Assembly (NCBI GenBank): GCA_029250665.1
Contig: JAQXEV010000034.1
Coordinates: 1 to 47,811, forward strand
Origin: Candidatus Thalassarchaeaceae archaeon
GTDB lineage: Archaea; Thermoplasmatota; Poseidoniia; Poseidoniales; Thalassarchaeaceae
Length of the DNA: 47,811 bases
Direction: 5' to 3'
Part shown: positions 28,704 to 37,818 of the stretch, one piece after another
Position numbering within the stretch: position 1 is the first letter of the stretch
Layout: each line of letters begins with the position of its first letter
Made by a program: the position numbers and the translations under genes
Notes under the pieces: model-generated
Database searches by the model: none
The model's input: only the letters and a program-made list of their open reading frames with translations
Told to the model about the DNA's origin: nothing

Positions 28704-30419
28704 TCAGCCGTGTAGGAAGAGCATCTCGACTGGGCCATCTTCTGGAACGGCTTCGATACGGGCGAAGCCGATACGCTCGAGTTGTACAATTGCTTTCTCT
28801 TTGAGGTCGATATTCTCGAGCATGCCATCGCTGACTTGTAGCTCGTCACCAATCGGGGTTGAAAGACGAGCAGGGCGAGCCATCTGACTTGGTATCCAGT
28901 GGACTATGGCTCGCTTGTCGCTGCGGTCGATTGACTGGATAATGCCTGCATTGTCTGTGACAGTGATGTCGGCGAAATCCTTCAGACGAATTTCACCCGA
29001 GGCGTCAGTCGCATCGACCAAAATATCACCATTCATCTTCCATTCGCGCGTGCCAGCCACAGCACCGTTAGGATGGCGTGCGATGGCGAGCGTCTCAGGA
29101 ATCTCATGTTCATTAGCGACCAGCGACAGTGAAACAGGATCTCGAACGAATGCTCGTCGCTCGCACCTTGAATCAATAATTGAGGAATTGAATGATTCAA
29201 TAGTCTGCATCGATATCGAGATATCCTTCTGAGTCAACCCCAAATCGATCCAAAAATCGCGCAGCGCTTGCGAATCAAAACCACGCCGCCGTAGCGCTGC
29301 GAGCGTCGGCAGGCGCGCATCATCCCATCCAGAATATTCACCCTCGCCTATCGCAGCGCGCATGCTGGATGTAGAAAATCCGCCGAATTCATGCACCTTC
29401 ACGCGGCCCCAGTAGAGGGGTTCGGGATAGGTCCAACCGAAGTGCTCGTAGAGTAGTGTTTGCTTTCGTGTTGAGTCCATCAAATCCTTTCCGCGGACGA
29501 TGTGAGTGACTCCCTGAAGGTGGTCCTCAATTGCGCTCTGGAAGTCGAGTAGGGGCCAGACTTTGTAGGCGTCATCGACCATTGGATGAGGCGTGTGTTG
29601 GATTCGTAGAGCAGGCCAATCGCGTAGAGCAGGGTTGGGAAGGTCCAAGTCAGTCTTGACTCGCACTACTGCTTCGCCTTCTGCAAGGTTTCCATCATTC
29701 ATTGCTGACCAGTCGGAGAGGTTTGTTTCGACGCTTCGTGTGCGGCAAGGGCAGGCTTGGGAAGCGTCGCGCAGGGCTTTGAAATCGGCGGCTGAGCAGC
29801 GGCATACGTAGCCAAAGCCGCCTTCAAGCATTTTCGTAGCGTGGTCGAGGTAGATGGGCATTCTTTCGCTTGCTCGGATGATGATGTCGGCAGGGCGACC
29901 AGCGAGCCATTCGTACTCTGCTTCGATCCATCCGTATGCTTCAGGCATCGGTGGTTTGACTCGGGTGTCGGTATCATCGAAGCGCAGGACGACCTTTCCT
30001 TCGTACATTCGGGCGTATTCTGAGTTGGTTGCAACGCCGCGGGCGTGGCCGATTGTTAGTGGCCCGTTGGGGTTTGGTGCGAAGCGCAGGATGACTTCCC
30101 CTTGGGTGGCATTTGGAAGTGGCTTGAGTCCTGTGCGCTTCTGTTGTTTTTGGCGCTCGAGGGCTTCGGGATTTGTTGCTGCGAGCGCCTCTTTGACGGC
30201 TTCGACGCCATTAGTTGAGGCCATCTCGTTGGCGGCGTTTACCTCGGCTTCGACGAGGGATTTGAGGTCGCGAGCTCTTGGTCGGAGGTCGGCGCGTTCA
30301 CCTAGGAGTCGGCCGAGTACTGAGCCGGCTTGACCGGCTCCATTGTATTCCACTGCATTTTGCATGGCATACTTGCGGACCGTTGCAACGGTCTCTGTAT
30401 CCCACTCGGAATCCGTCAT
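28704..30419 (-). CDS. gltX: Glutamate--tRNA ligase (archaeal type)
   Basis: RFAPNPNGPLTIGH, RFDDTD, YVCRC, THIVRGKD, WDDARLPT and VQLERIGF. Real start is MTDSEW at 30419. Confidence 0.96.
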   Translation of the reverse strand: MTDSEWDTETVATVRKYAMQNAVEYNGAGQAGSVLGRLLGERADLRPRARDLKSLVEAEVNAANEMASTNGVEAVKEALAATNPEALERQKQQKRTGLKPLPNATQGEVILRFAPNPNGPLTIGHARGVATNSEYARMYEGKVVLRFDDTDTRVKPPMPEAYGWIEAEYEWLAGRPADIIIRASERMPIYLDHATKMLEGGFGYVCRCSAADFKALRDASQACPCRTRSVETNLSDWSAMNDGNLAEGEAVVRVKTDLDLPNPALRDWPALRIQHTPHPMVDDAYKVWPLLDFQSAIEDHLQGVTHIVRGKDLMDSTRKQTLLYEHFGWTYPEPLYWGRVKVHEFGGFSTSSMRAAIGEGEYSGWDDARLPTLAALRRRGFDSQALRDFWIDLGLTQKDISISMQTIESFNSSIIDSRCERRAFVRDPVSLSLVANEHEIPETLAIARHPNGAVAGTREWKMNGDILVDATDASGEIRLKDFADITVTDNAGIIQSIDRSDKRAIVHWIPSQMARPARLSTPIGDELQVSDGMLENIDLKEKAIVQLERIGFARIEAVPEDGPVEMLFLHG

Positions 30420-30460
30420 GCTATCGGGCCTACGGCCCGAAGTGAGGCATTTGACGCTTC

Positions 30461-31204
30461 TCACGATGACCAGTCGTCGAGTGAGGATTGCACGACGGCA
30501 CCCCCGCTCGCCGAACGCACTGGAACTGGGGTGCCGTGAGTGGCCGACCAGATATCTGAGACGGTGGCCCAACTCCAGCGAAGGCAGTCGTGTGGTTTGC
30601 CATTTGTGAGTAGGCGTTCGACTGCTTTCCGGGTCTTCAAATCGGAGGGATATCCTGACCCGATATCGAGTCCGGTTCGTATCGAAATCTCGTGGATTTC
30701 AGCGTCACGGGTGACTTTGGCAAGAATCGAAGCTCCTCCCGCGACCAAGTCGGAAGAATCCATGCCGTGTTTGGCTTCGACATCCCAATCCGCCCAGTCT
30801 TCGCCGAGGGCTGAAGTCAGACGGCGAGCAAATCTCTGCTCATTGACATCGCAGGCGTCAGCCCGAACGACGCCACCCTTGGTGGAGAGTGCTGTTGCTT
30901 TGATGGCTTCAGCGAATAATTCGATTTCGAGACTGTTCAAGTCCGAAGTCAGGCTATTGATGTCGATACGACTTGGTTGGCAGATTACTAAGCCGGATCG
31001 CCAACGACCCTCTGAGACTCGGCCAGAAATCTCTGCTTCTATTCGCTCGCGTTCGCTCACAGAGAGATCCTTCGAATCCTTGACTCCGAGTTCACGTAAT
31101 TCCTCGGCATCTGATGCCTGGATCGCAAGAGCCCCAACTACTAGAGGTCCAATCACAGGACCTCGTCCAGCCTCATCGACACCGATGATCCACTCGTCAC
31201 TCAC
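30461..31204 (-). CDS. rnhB: Ribonuclease HII
   Basis: GVDEAGRGPVIGPLV, GVKDSK, ASILAKVTRD, GSGYPSD and RWSWAT motifs. Confidence 0.96.
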   Translation of the reverse strand: MSDEWIIGVDEAGRGPVIGPLVVGALAIQASDAEELRELGVKDSKDLSVSERERIEAEISGRVSEGRWRSGLVICQPSRIDINSLTSDLNSLEIELFAEAIKATALSTKGGVVRADACDVNEQRFARRLTSALGEDWADWDVEAKHGMDSSDLVAGGASILAKVTRDAEIHEISIRTGLDIGSGYPSDLKTRKAVERLLTNGKPHDCLRWSWATVSDIWSATHGTPVPVRSASGGAVVQSSLDDWSS

Positions 31205-31219
31205 GCTTCTTCGGCTGCT

Positions 31220-34057
31220 TCAAGGGTCTTCATCATCGCGCAAGTCGCGACCGAGTGAATCCAATCTATCATCGAAATCATCGAGATCGAGGACGATATT
31301 CTCCGGATGAATCATATCGCTCTCTTGCAATTGGTCAGCCATCTCGATGGCATCACGAATCGCATCTTCTGTCTGCGCCTCATCCAATACTTCGCCAGCC
31401 TTTCCTACGACAGCAGTGTCTGGCGCAGGTGCAACATCTCTCGAATGGTCGCCCGACTTCTCCATGAAGTCGGCCCGGAATGAAGCTACATCGGTCGTCG
31501 GACTCTCAATTATCTCTGGAATCTCCTCGCCACTTTCTTCGAACTTGGCCATCCAATCGCCAACTTCCTCAACGACAACCTCGGGGTTTTGTTTGCGATA
31601 GTACTCGCGGTCAGCCTCGATTCTATGACGAATCGCCATAGCGACAGCAACCATACCCACGAGACTGACTGTTACAATCAGAATCGTTTGCAACCAGCGC
31701 TGCAAGAATTCACTGAACGCCGACGGATCATCAGGCTCAATCGGCGCAGTAGGCTCGGCACCATCAATCGCAGCAGAGTGCTCGATAACATGCCTTACAG
31801 ATGGGTCTCGGACCGAGCGGGCTTCAACGGTGAGAACCGCATCGGCTGCGATTGGGACCTCCTCGGGAACCTCCATCCAGACCTCGAAGATGACGGTCCC
31901 GTCAATCGGAATATCTAGAATCTCGAAGGAGCGAGTATCGCCATTCGTCGTGTGGCTGTCTGAACCCTCTGGAGCGATGACTCCAAATCCAGTGAAATCG
32001 GTGCATTCGAGACTGACAACTAATCCATCTGGACTATTACCAATATTGTGCATTTCCCAGAACCCAGTGAGTTGGCCATCGACCACTTCTGAATCTGCTC
32101 GGACCACCTCCCAAGCGTGCACTGCGGCAATATTGACTTCGAATGAAACCTCTGCAGGAACCCATCCATCAACCTCCACTTCGATGATTACTTCACCGCT
32201 CAAACCTGCCGTCAGACCGACTGCGGTCCAAGCGGTGACATCGATTCCGTGAACCCTCTGTCCTGGTCCGAGGAATCGTGTGTAGTCAGAGATGTTGACG
32301 ACCAGCCAATCAGGCTGGTCGACCACACTGAGATTGAAGAGGAATGCTGCATCACCTGTATTTTCGATGAATAACTCGACCAGGCACCAGTCACCAGGGG
32401 CGACATCGAACAGACAATCCACATTCGTCAGACCTAGATTACCACCCGAACGTGGGACGATACTAATCGATTGATTCAGCCGCTGGACCTCCTGAACTCC
32501 ATCAGCCCAAACTTGGATCATCATGTCCAGTCGACCTGCGGTGCGGATAGGCGATTCGACTTGCATCCGCACCGTAGCGCTCTCACCGGGAGCCATGTCC
32601 TCAAGGTCGGCGCGGTCGTAGACGATTGCCGTCCACCCATCATGGGCGAAGGAGTGGTCTGGTGTTGCAACCGGGGAGCCATTCTCATCGACGGCGGCAA
32701 TATTGATGCCGAGTGAATTGTGAGAGTTTCCTATGTTGCGCAGGACGAATTCGAGGTCGACGATTCCACCGGGATCAATCGATGCGCTTCCACCTCCTTC
32801 GATGATTTCCATTCCTTTCCATTCGCCATAGCGCATCGAGAAATTCCACCAATCCTCATTGCCGGTATGGTCGCCGACCAAACTGACGCTGAAATCATGA
32901 GTCGAGCCTGCGAGCGGTGCCCCGCCATCAACAAGTGGCGCGGTAACAGAAAACTGCAACCACTGAACTTCATCGCTAGGGGCTTCGAATGAATTGCCAA
33001 CGCCCGGGCTGGTGGGGTAATTCCATGAGATTTCCCAATCGGATGGTCCTGTAATTGCAACTAACGCCGTGGTATCTATCTCAGCTAGATTGGTGAAATT
33101 CACTCCAACTCCGACAGTTAGTCCTGGGTCGATGTTGAACACCGAACCAGAGTCGACCCCGAATTCAACTCCGGGATCCTCATACTGCCAAGGATAGGTA
33201 AGTCCCGCTTCCAAGGAGGAGTTGAGCACCGTGTGGTCAGCCCATTCTTGCAGCGCGAGTGTACGGCTCGCGTTGATGCCGCCAGTCGAAGGCAGTCCAA
33301 CCGAAGGTAATCCGGTAATTGAGACATGGATTACACAAGCCGCCAGATAGGTGCCTTGAATCGATGGATGCTTGCCATCCGAGGCGTAAAGGTCTGAGAA
33401 AATCGTGTAGTTAGCAGTCGGATTGTTGAGCGAATCATGGATATTCTCATGAGCCATTCCGACTGGAGCGACGAATACAGGTCGTTCGCTGGTAGAGAGG
33501 TTCTCCGCGAACGCGAGATAACCAGTTTTCAGGTGATTTTGCATTGTTGAGAAATCAGGAAACCGCCATTGATTACTTTCGTCTCCAAATCGATAACCCC
33601 ATGTCATCATGAAGAAAGTATCACCGCCTTCTGCTTCGACCAGCGCATCGATGATTTCTGCGCCAGCGAGGCTATCTTGCCAATATGATGAGCTGGTTGG
33701 GAAACCTGGAACCTGACTTTGATCCTGTAGGACGACATAATCGTGAGATTCACGGAGAGTGTCGTACCATGATGTGCCCTCGGTATCGGCTTGTTCTCCG
33801 TGCCAAGCCAGAGTCTTGCCTCCGCTGGTCAAGGCTTGGACATCTGGATCCAAGCCGGCAGCGTCGAGCAGATTGTTCACCCGCACGTGTAACTGATTGT
33901 TTGAGGTGTAGGAATTTCCGAGCATTACGATGTCAAGTGTCGATTGGTCCGATTGTCTTGATTCAGCCTTCGCCGCGTCCGTCGAAAGCAGGCTCGGCGA
34001 AGCCAAAGAGGTCAGAAAGACGAGAACCAGAATCAGAGCCATTCCACGCTCCCGCAT
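31220..34057 (-). CDS. Membrane-anchored SGNH/GDSL-like hydrolase with Ig-like (NEW3-type) repeats
   Basis: Signal peptide, MLGNSYT, VVLQDQS and DGKHP (DxxH); repeated hydrophobic-x-N-x-G-N/D Ig motifs; C-terminal TM and acidic tail. Confidence 0.8.
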   Translation of the reverse strand: MRERGMALILVLVFLTSLASPSLLSTDAAKAESRQSDQSTLDIVMLGNSYTSNNQLHVRVNNLLDAAGLDPDVQALTSGGKTLAWHGEQADTEGTSWYDTLRESHDYVVLQDQSQVPGFPTSSSYWQDSLAGAEIIDALVEAEGGDTFFMMTWGYRFGDESNQWRFPDFSTMQNHLKTGYLAFAENLSTSERPVFVAPVGMAHENIHDSLNNPTANYTIFSDLYASDGKHPSIQGTYLAACVIHVSITGLPSVGLPSTGGINASRTLALQEWADHTVLNSSLEAGLTYPWQYEDPGVEFGVDSGSVFNIDPGLTVGVGVNFTNLAEIDTTALVAITGPSDWEISWNYPTSPGVGNSFEAPSDEVQWLQFSVTAPLVDGGAPLAGSTHDFSVSLVGDHTGNEDWWNFSMRYGEWKGMEIIEGGGSASIDPGGIVDLEFVLRNIGNSHNSLGINIAAVDENGSPVATPDHSFAHDGWTAIVYDRADLEDMAPGESATVRMQVESPIRTAGRLDMMIQVWADGVQEVQRLNQSISIVPRSGGNLGLTNVDCLFDVAPGDWCLVELFIENTGDAAFLFNLSVVDQPDWLVVNISDYTRFLGPGQRVHGIDVTAWTAVGLTAGLSGEVIIEVEVDGWVPAEVSFEVNIAAVHAWEVVRADSEVVDGQLTGFWEMHNIGNSPDGLVVSLECTDFTGFGVIAPEGSDSHTTNGDTRSFEILDIPIDGTVIFEVWMEVPEEVPIAADAVLTVEARSVRDPSVRHVIEHSAAIDGAEPTAPIEPDDPSAFSEFLQRWLQTILIVTVSLVGMVAVAMAIRHRIEADREYYRKQNPEVVVEEVGDWMAKFEESGEEIPEIIESPTTDVASFRADFMEKSGDHSRDVAPAPDTAVVGKAGEVLDEAQTEDAIRDAIEMADQLQESDMIHPENIVLDLDDFDDRLDSLGRDLRDDEDP

Positions 34058-34160
34058 AGGCGACGCTCATCGTTCTCGTCTTTGATTCCTACCCTTGGTT
34101 GATGATTCGTGGTGTGGAAGAGTCTATCGAGTGGGGTGATGTTCGCTGCTTATGGCGCCA

Positions 34161-34337
34161 ATGTGGCCGTTTGGGAAGAAAAGCGTCCCCACGGAGCCGA
34201 AAGCAGAGCCAAAGCAAGTCGAGGTCGTTGAGTACGAGCGAAAGAAAGACACCTCTCAGAAGGATTTGATTGAGGACAAAAGTCACCTCAAAAAGAAGTC
34301 CTTCATCGATGCGATGGCGCTTCTCGGTGACGATTAG
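34161..34337 (+). CDS. Small hypothetical protein (MWPFGKK...)
   Basis: Fills the gap between the divergent SGNH gene and the convergent pheT, ending 8 nt from the pheT stop. Charged, natural-looking composition. Confidence 0.5.
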   Translation: MWPFGKKSVPTEPKAEPKQVEVVEYERKKDTSQKDLIEDKSHLKKKSFIDAMALLGDD

Positions 34338-34345
34338 AACACCGG

Positions 34346-36100
34346 TTACAATACCGGGTCGGGTATCAAGCGGCCTAGAGCATCGATATCGAAATCGCCA
34401 GCTTGGATTGGTACTCTCAGGCCGAATTCCGCAGTCACGAAGGGATCCAATTCACCGAATTGACCTACTTCTTCTCCTGCCACAATAGCCTTCGCTCCTC
34501 TCCCGGTGAGCCATGGCCCATCGTTTGGTTCAGTCGCTTTCCATTCGACCTCCGAGAGGTCGGCTCCAATGTCACGGAGGAATGCCTGCGCGATTCCTTT
34601 GGCGGCTGAGAATCCTCCTGCGACTTCAGCGCAGGCCCATGCTGCCCTTGTCCCGTTGTGAGAATCATGGACCACTGTTCCGAGTTCGTAGACTCGTTGA
34701 GGTAGTTCGTGGTGTCTATTTGCAGCGAGTAGTTGTAGTAGGCTTGGTAGGATGCGTTGTCGCATCATAGTGTGATCGATAGTGATTGGATTGGCGAGAA
34801 TGGTGGTCTCTGCCAATTTATTCCATCTAGTGTGTTCGAATTGGACTCTGTCGTTTGAAAGAGTGAGGCTCTGAGTTTCTTGCAGATTTAGTGAGCGCAT
34901 GCTCTCGCGAGCGCGCCGATGAAGGTGGGCTGATGGTAGGGGGATTGCATCTAGGTGGACTGCAGAGAGGATGTTTGGCATATTTTCGTAGCCGTAGCCG
35001 ATTGCGATATCCTCGACGATATCGATTGGGTGCATGATGTCCGAGCGCCAGCGTGGCATGGCGATTACATGCTCTCGCTCGCCGACTTCTAAGTCAGCCC
35101 AGCGTTCGGCCCTATTGACTCCGTCAGTTACTGCCCGCGAGGCGAGATGGTTACCGCCCATCCTGCTGATGGCTGCGGAAATTTCCTTACTCTCCAGAGT
35201 CATGCCGAGGATTCGCTCGATGAGTCGGTCCGAGACTCTGTGTTCGCGTGCTTCCATATTTGGAGTCATGCGAATCTGACCATCCCAGCCATTTACCTGC
35301 ACCTGTTCGATTGTGCCTCCGCGCTCGGCAAGTGAGAGGCAGATGAGCAGAAGACTTGCTTCAACAGAGCGTTGGTTCCAACCGGTCACATCGATGAAGA
35401 AATCACTTGTCGATTCGCTGACAGTAGTATGGTTTCCGTTGATTATTGGTGGGAATGAAAGGATGTCGTCATTCGCATCGAGGATTACAGGGTAGGATTC
35501 GAGTTCTTCCATGAGATGTGCGTACTCGACTCCCTTCGGATGCTTGCTGAGGATTTCATCAATGCTCATTTTCTCGCTCATCGCTAGAGGTACGAAAGAA
35601 TGCGAGCCATCTACAATGACAACGCGGAATGGAGGGCTGAGAGTTGCAAGGTCATGGACTCCGATTGAGGCGAATCTCCTACGTCGACCGAGACTCATGT
35701 GGAGTTTCTCTTGATGGTCCATGAGAGATTGGATGAAATCATCTTTTTCTGCAGTTTTTTCGCCCGTATTGACTCCTTTGACAACCGCTGCGAGAATGAT
35801 TGGACGGACATTTTCGAGGCTTGGGTCGACATCGAGAGTCATTCCGCTATCGCTTGTCTCGACAGATGGGTTCTGCGCCTCGCCTTGCAGGAATGCACGT
35901 GCGGCGCGTGCCATCGTTTCATGACCAAGTAGATCGGGTCGGTCAGGAAAGACTTCGATTTCGATACCTTCCTCATCGCTTCCTTCAACGACACAGCCAA
36001 TTGATGATAATCGCTCAACCCAATCTGCAGCGTCGTATTCAGCTCCGTTACTTTCCTGGATTGAACGGAGTATTGAGTGATTGAGGGTGATGGTCGGCAA
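34346..36100 (-). CDS. pheT: Phenylalanine--tRNA ligase beta subunit
   Basis: PDRPDLL, QEKLH, SIGVHD, SFPPIING and RSDIMHPIDIVEDIAIGYGY motifs. TTG start with SD AGGTGGGAG. Confidence 0.96.
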   Translation of the reverse strand: MPTITLNHSILRSIQESNGAEYDAADWVERLSSIGCVVEGSDEEGIEIEVFPDRPDLLGHETMARAARAFLQGEAQNPSVETSDSGMTLDVDPSLENVRPIILAAVVKGVNTGEKTAEKDDFIQSLMDHQEKLHMSLGRRRRFASIGVHDLATLSPPFRVVIVDGSHSFVPLAMSEKMSIDEILSKHPKGVEYAHLMEELESYPVILDANDDILSFPPIINGNHTTVSESTSDFFIDVTGWNQRSVEASLLLICLSLAERGGTIEQVQVNGWDGQIRMTPNMEAREHRVSDRLIERILGMTLESKEISAAISRMGGNHLASRAVTDGVNRAERWADLEVGEREHVIAMPRWRSDIMHPIDIVEDIAIGYGYENMPNILSAVHLDAIPLPSAHLHRRARESMRSLNLQETQSLTLSNDRVQFEHTRWNKLAETTILANPITIDHTMMRQRILPSLLQLLAANRHHELPQRVYELGTVVHDSHNGTRAAWACAEVAGGFSAAKGIAQAFLRDIGADLSEVEWKATEPNDGPWLTGRGAKAIVAGEEVGQFGELDPFVTAEFGLRVPIQAGDFDIDALGRLIPDPVL

Positions 36101-36109
36101 ACTCCCACC

Positions 36110-37690
36110 TCAATTGCCCAACCACATAGGGAGTGGCCTATCGTAGCCTACTAATCTCAGACCCGAGATAGCTGCGGTATCGTGGTCGAGGGCTCTGAGG
36201 TTTCGGCGATTCAAGTCTGCGAGGTCGCTGATGCCCAGTTCGCGCATCCAGCCTCGCAATGTGCCGTCAATCCAGGCTAGGGAGGCTTCGATGTCCTCGT
36301 TTGGAGCAGGAGCGACGAGAGCGGTGCAGCCTGCTCCTCGGGCGATTAGAAGGTCCTCCGCCGAGGGAGCTTCATCTATTTCGAGGAGGATTGTTCTTCC
36401 TTGATTCGGGAGATTCATCGCGCGTGCGACCAGACCAATTCGCGGCAGGGCCGCTGCAGCGCGCGAACCTCCTGCTGCGGCGACGTCGACCACTGCACCG
36501 TCGAGATCGAGGTCGACAACGAGTCGGAACAGGTGCTCAACTCGCGAGACACTATCCTTGATGAAGACCAGCGAATCATCAGCCATGCGGCTGTAGAGTG
36601 AGACGAGAAGAGCCTCAATTTCAGCGTCGTTTAGTGCTGGGAGATTGTTGAGGTCGAGAACCATTCCTGAGCAATTCTGTATTCGACTCGCAGCGTCGAG
36701 AAGATTCTCCTCATTGATTAGCATCAAATCATTACTGCGAGGCTCAGAAGTCACGATTCCGGGTTGCGCAACTCCATACTTGCCGGTTGCTGAAGTCATT
36801 CTCTCGGCTTCGACAATCCACGGTAGAGGTGCGAGCAAGCCGTTCTCATCCTGACCTGCGGGGAGGATGAGTGTCAAGGTGTCTAGAGCTGACTGATCTG
36901 AGAGTCGATCGTGCGCGGAAGGAACCAGAGTGATTCCTTCGAAGCCCTCTGCAACTGAATTCTCAGGAACTTCTCCAATCGGTGAACCGGTTTCGCTAGG
37001 GACGATTACCAAAGCATCGGAGTCGAGTTGTAAGCCAAGAGGCTCGAGATGCTCCGCTAATTCGTCAAGTTCGGCCGCTTCAATCGACCTCATCGCCGCT
37101 CCATCTCCTGGTGGTGGGCAAGATCCAGCGACGATTACGCGGCCGCCGACCATACTTCGCCCCGGTTCACTTCCAGTGCTACCGAGAATAACTACGGTTC
37201 CGCCTTCCATTGCGGCCCCTGAAGCCTTGCCTGCGTGTCCTCGGACAATTAGTAATCCGCCGCGCATTCCTGCGCCGGTTTCGTCGCCGGCAGAACCCTG
37301 AACGACTATCTCGCCGCCAGTCATTCGGTGACCAGAGCGGTCGCCAGCATCTCTTTCGATAGTGATTCGTCCTCCTCGCTGGAAGGCTCCCAACATCGAG
37401 GTACATCCACCTTGGAGAGTGAAGGTTCCACCATCGTTCATCGCGCCCGCGCATTCACCTAAATCACCGAGTAATAGTACTCTAGAATCCGCTGGAAGAT
37501 GGGTGATAACTCCTATCTCACCTTTCTTTGGTTTCTCATCGCCCTGCTTACCCCATCCTATGCGGACAAGCAGGTCGCGCTCAAGCGCCTGTTCGAGCAT
37601 CTTCCCAAGGTCCCGGTTGAGTTTGATGCTCTTCGCAGTGACGTCGCGCATGGTACTCCCCGACAGAGACGGCATGGCTGCGGTCTTCAT
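36110..37690 (-). CDS. Glutamate-synthase-like fusion: GXGXG beta-helix domain plus degenerate FMN-barrel domain
   Basis: Repeats GAMNDGG, GHRMTGG, GAGMRGG, GAAMEGG and GRSMVGG. The C-terminus LRALDHDTAAISGLRLVG resembles archaeal GltB FMN-domain ends. Confidence 0.75.
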   Translation of the reverse strand: MKTAAMPSLSGSTMRDVTAKSIKLNRDLGKMLEQALERDLLVRIGWGKQGDEKPKKGEIGVITHLPADSRVLLLGDLGECAGAMNDGGTFTLQGGCTSMLGAFQRGGRITIERDAGDRSGHRMTGGEIVVQGSAGDETGAGMRGGLLIVRGHAGKASGAAMEGGTVVILGSTGSEPGRSMVGGRVIVAGSCPPPGDGAAMRSIEAAELDELAEHLEPLGLQLDSDALVIVPSETGSPIGEVPENSVAEGFEGITLVPSAHDRLSDQSALDTLTLILPAGQDENGLLAPLPWIVEAERMTSATGKYGVAQPGIVTSEPRSNDLMLINEENLLDAASRIQNCSGMVLDLNNLPALNDAEIEALLVSLYSRMADDSLVFIKDSVSRVEHLFRLVVDLDLDGAVVDVAAAGGSRAAAALPRIGLVARAMNLPNQGRTILLEIDEAPSAEDLLIARGAGCTALVAPAPNEDIEASLAWIDGTLRGWMRELGISDLADLNRRNLRALDHDTAAISGLRLVGYDRPLPMWLGN

Positions 37691-37714
37691 TCTGACGGGT
37701 ATGTTGCTACGGTG

Positions 37715-37765
37715 ATTATGCATAATTTGCCGTTTTCCGCAGACCCGGCCTTCAAGAGCATAATT
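37715..37765. promoter_or_regulatory. Candidate operator in the divergent gltB-like/gap promoter region
   Basis: Perfect palindrome ATTATGCATAAT (37715-37726), with GCATAATT repeated at 37758-37765. Confidence 0.4.
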
Positions 37766-37818
37766 GATAGAGGGTAGGCTACGACAAGGAAACGCCAGAG
37801 GGCGCATGGGGCTTCACC

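Noticed and set aside
30040..30085. GluRS HIGH motif reads TIGH, and KMSKS reads GFSTS
   Set aside because: Such variants fall within the known variation of archaeal GluRS and are not evidence of inactivity.
30420..30572. N-terminal extension of gltX in the ORF track
   Set aside because: It overlaps rnhB, and recognisable GluRS sequence begins at MTDSEW (30419).
30540..31310. 256-aa plus-strand ORF
   Set aside because: Antisense shadow of rnhB with Ser/Arg-rich, non-protein-like composition.
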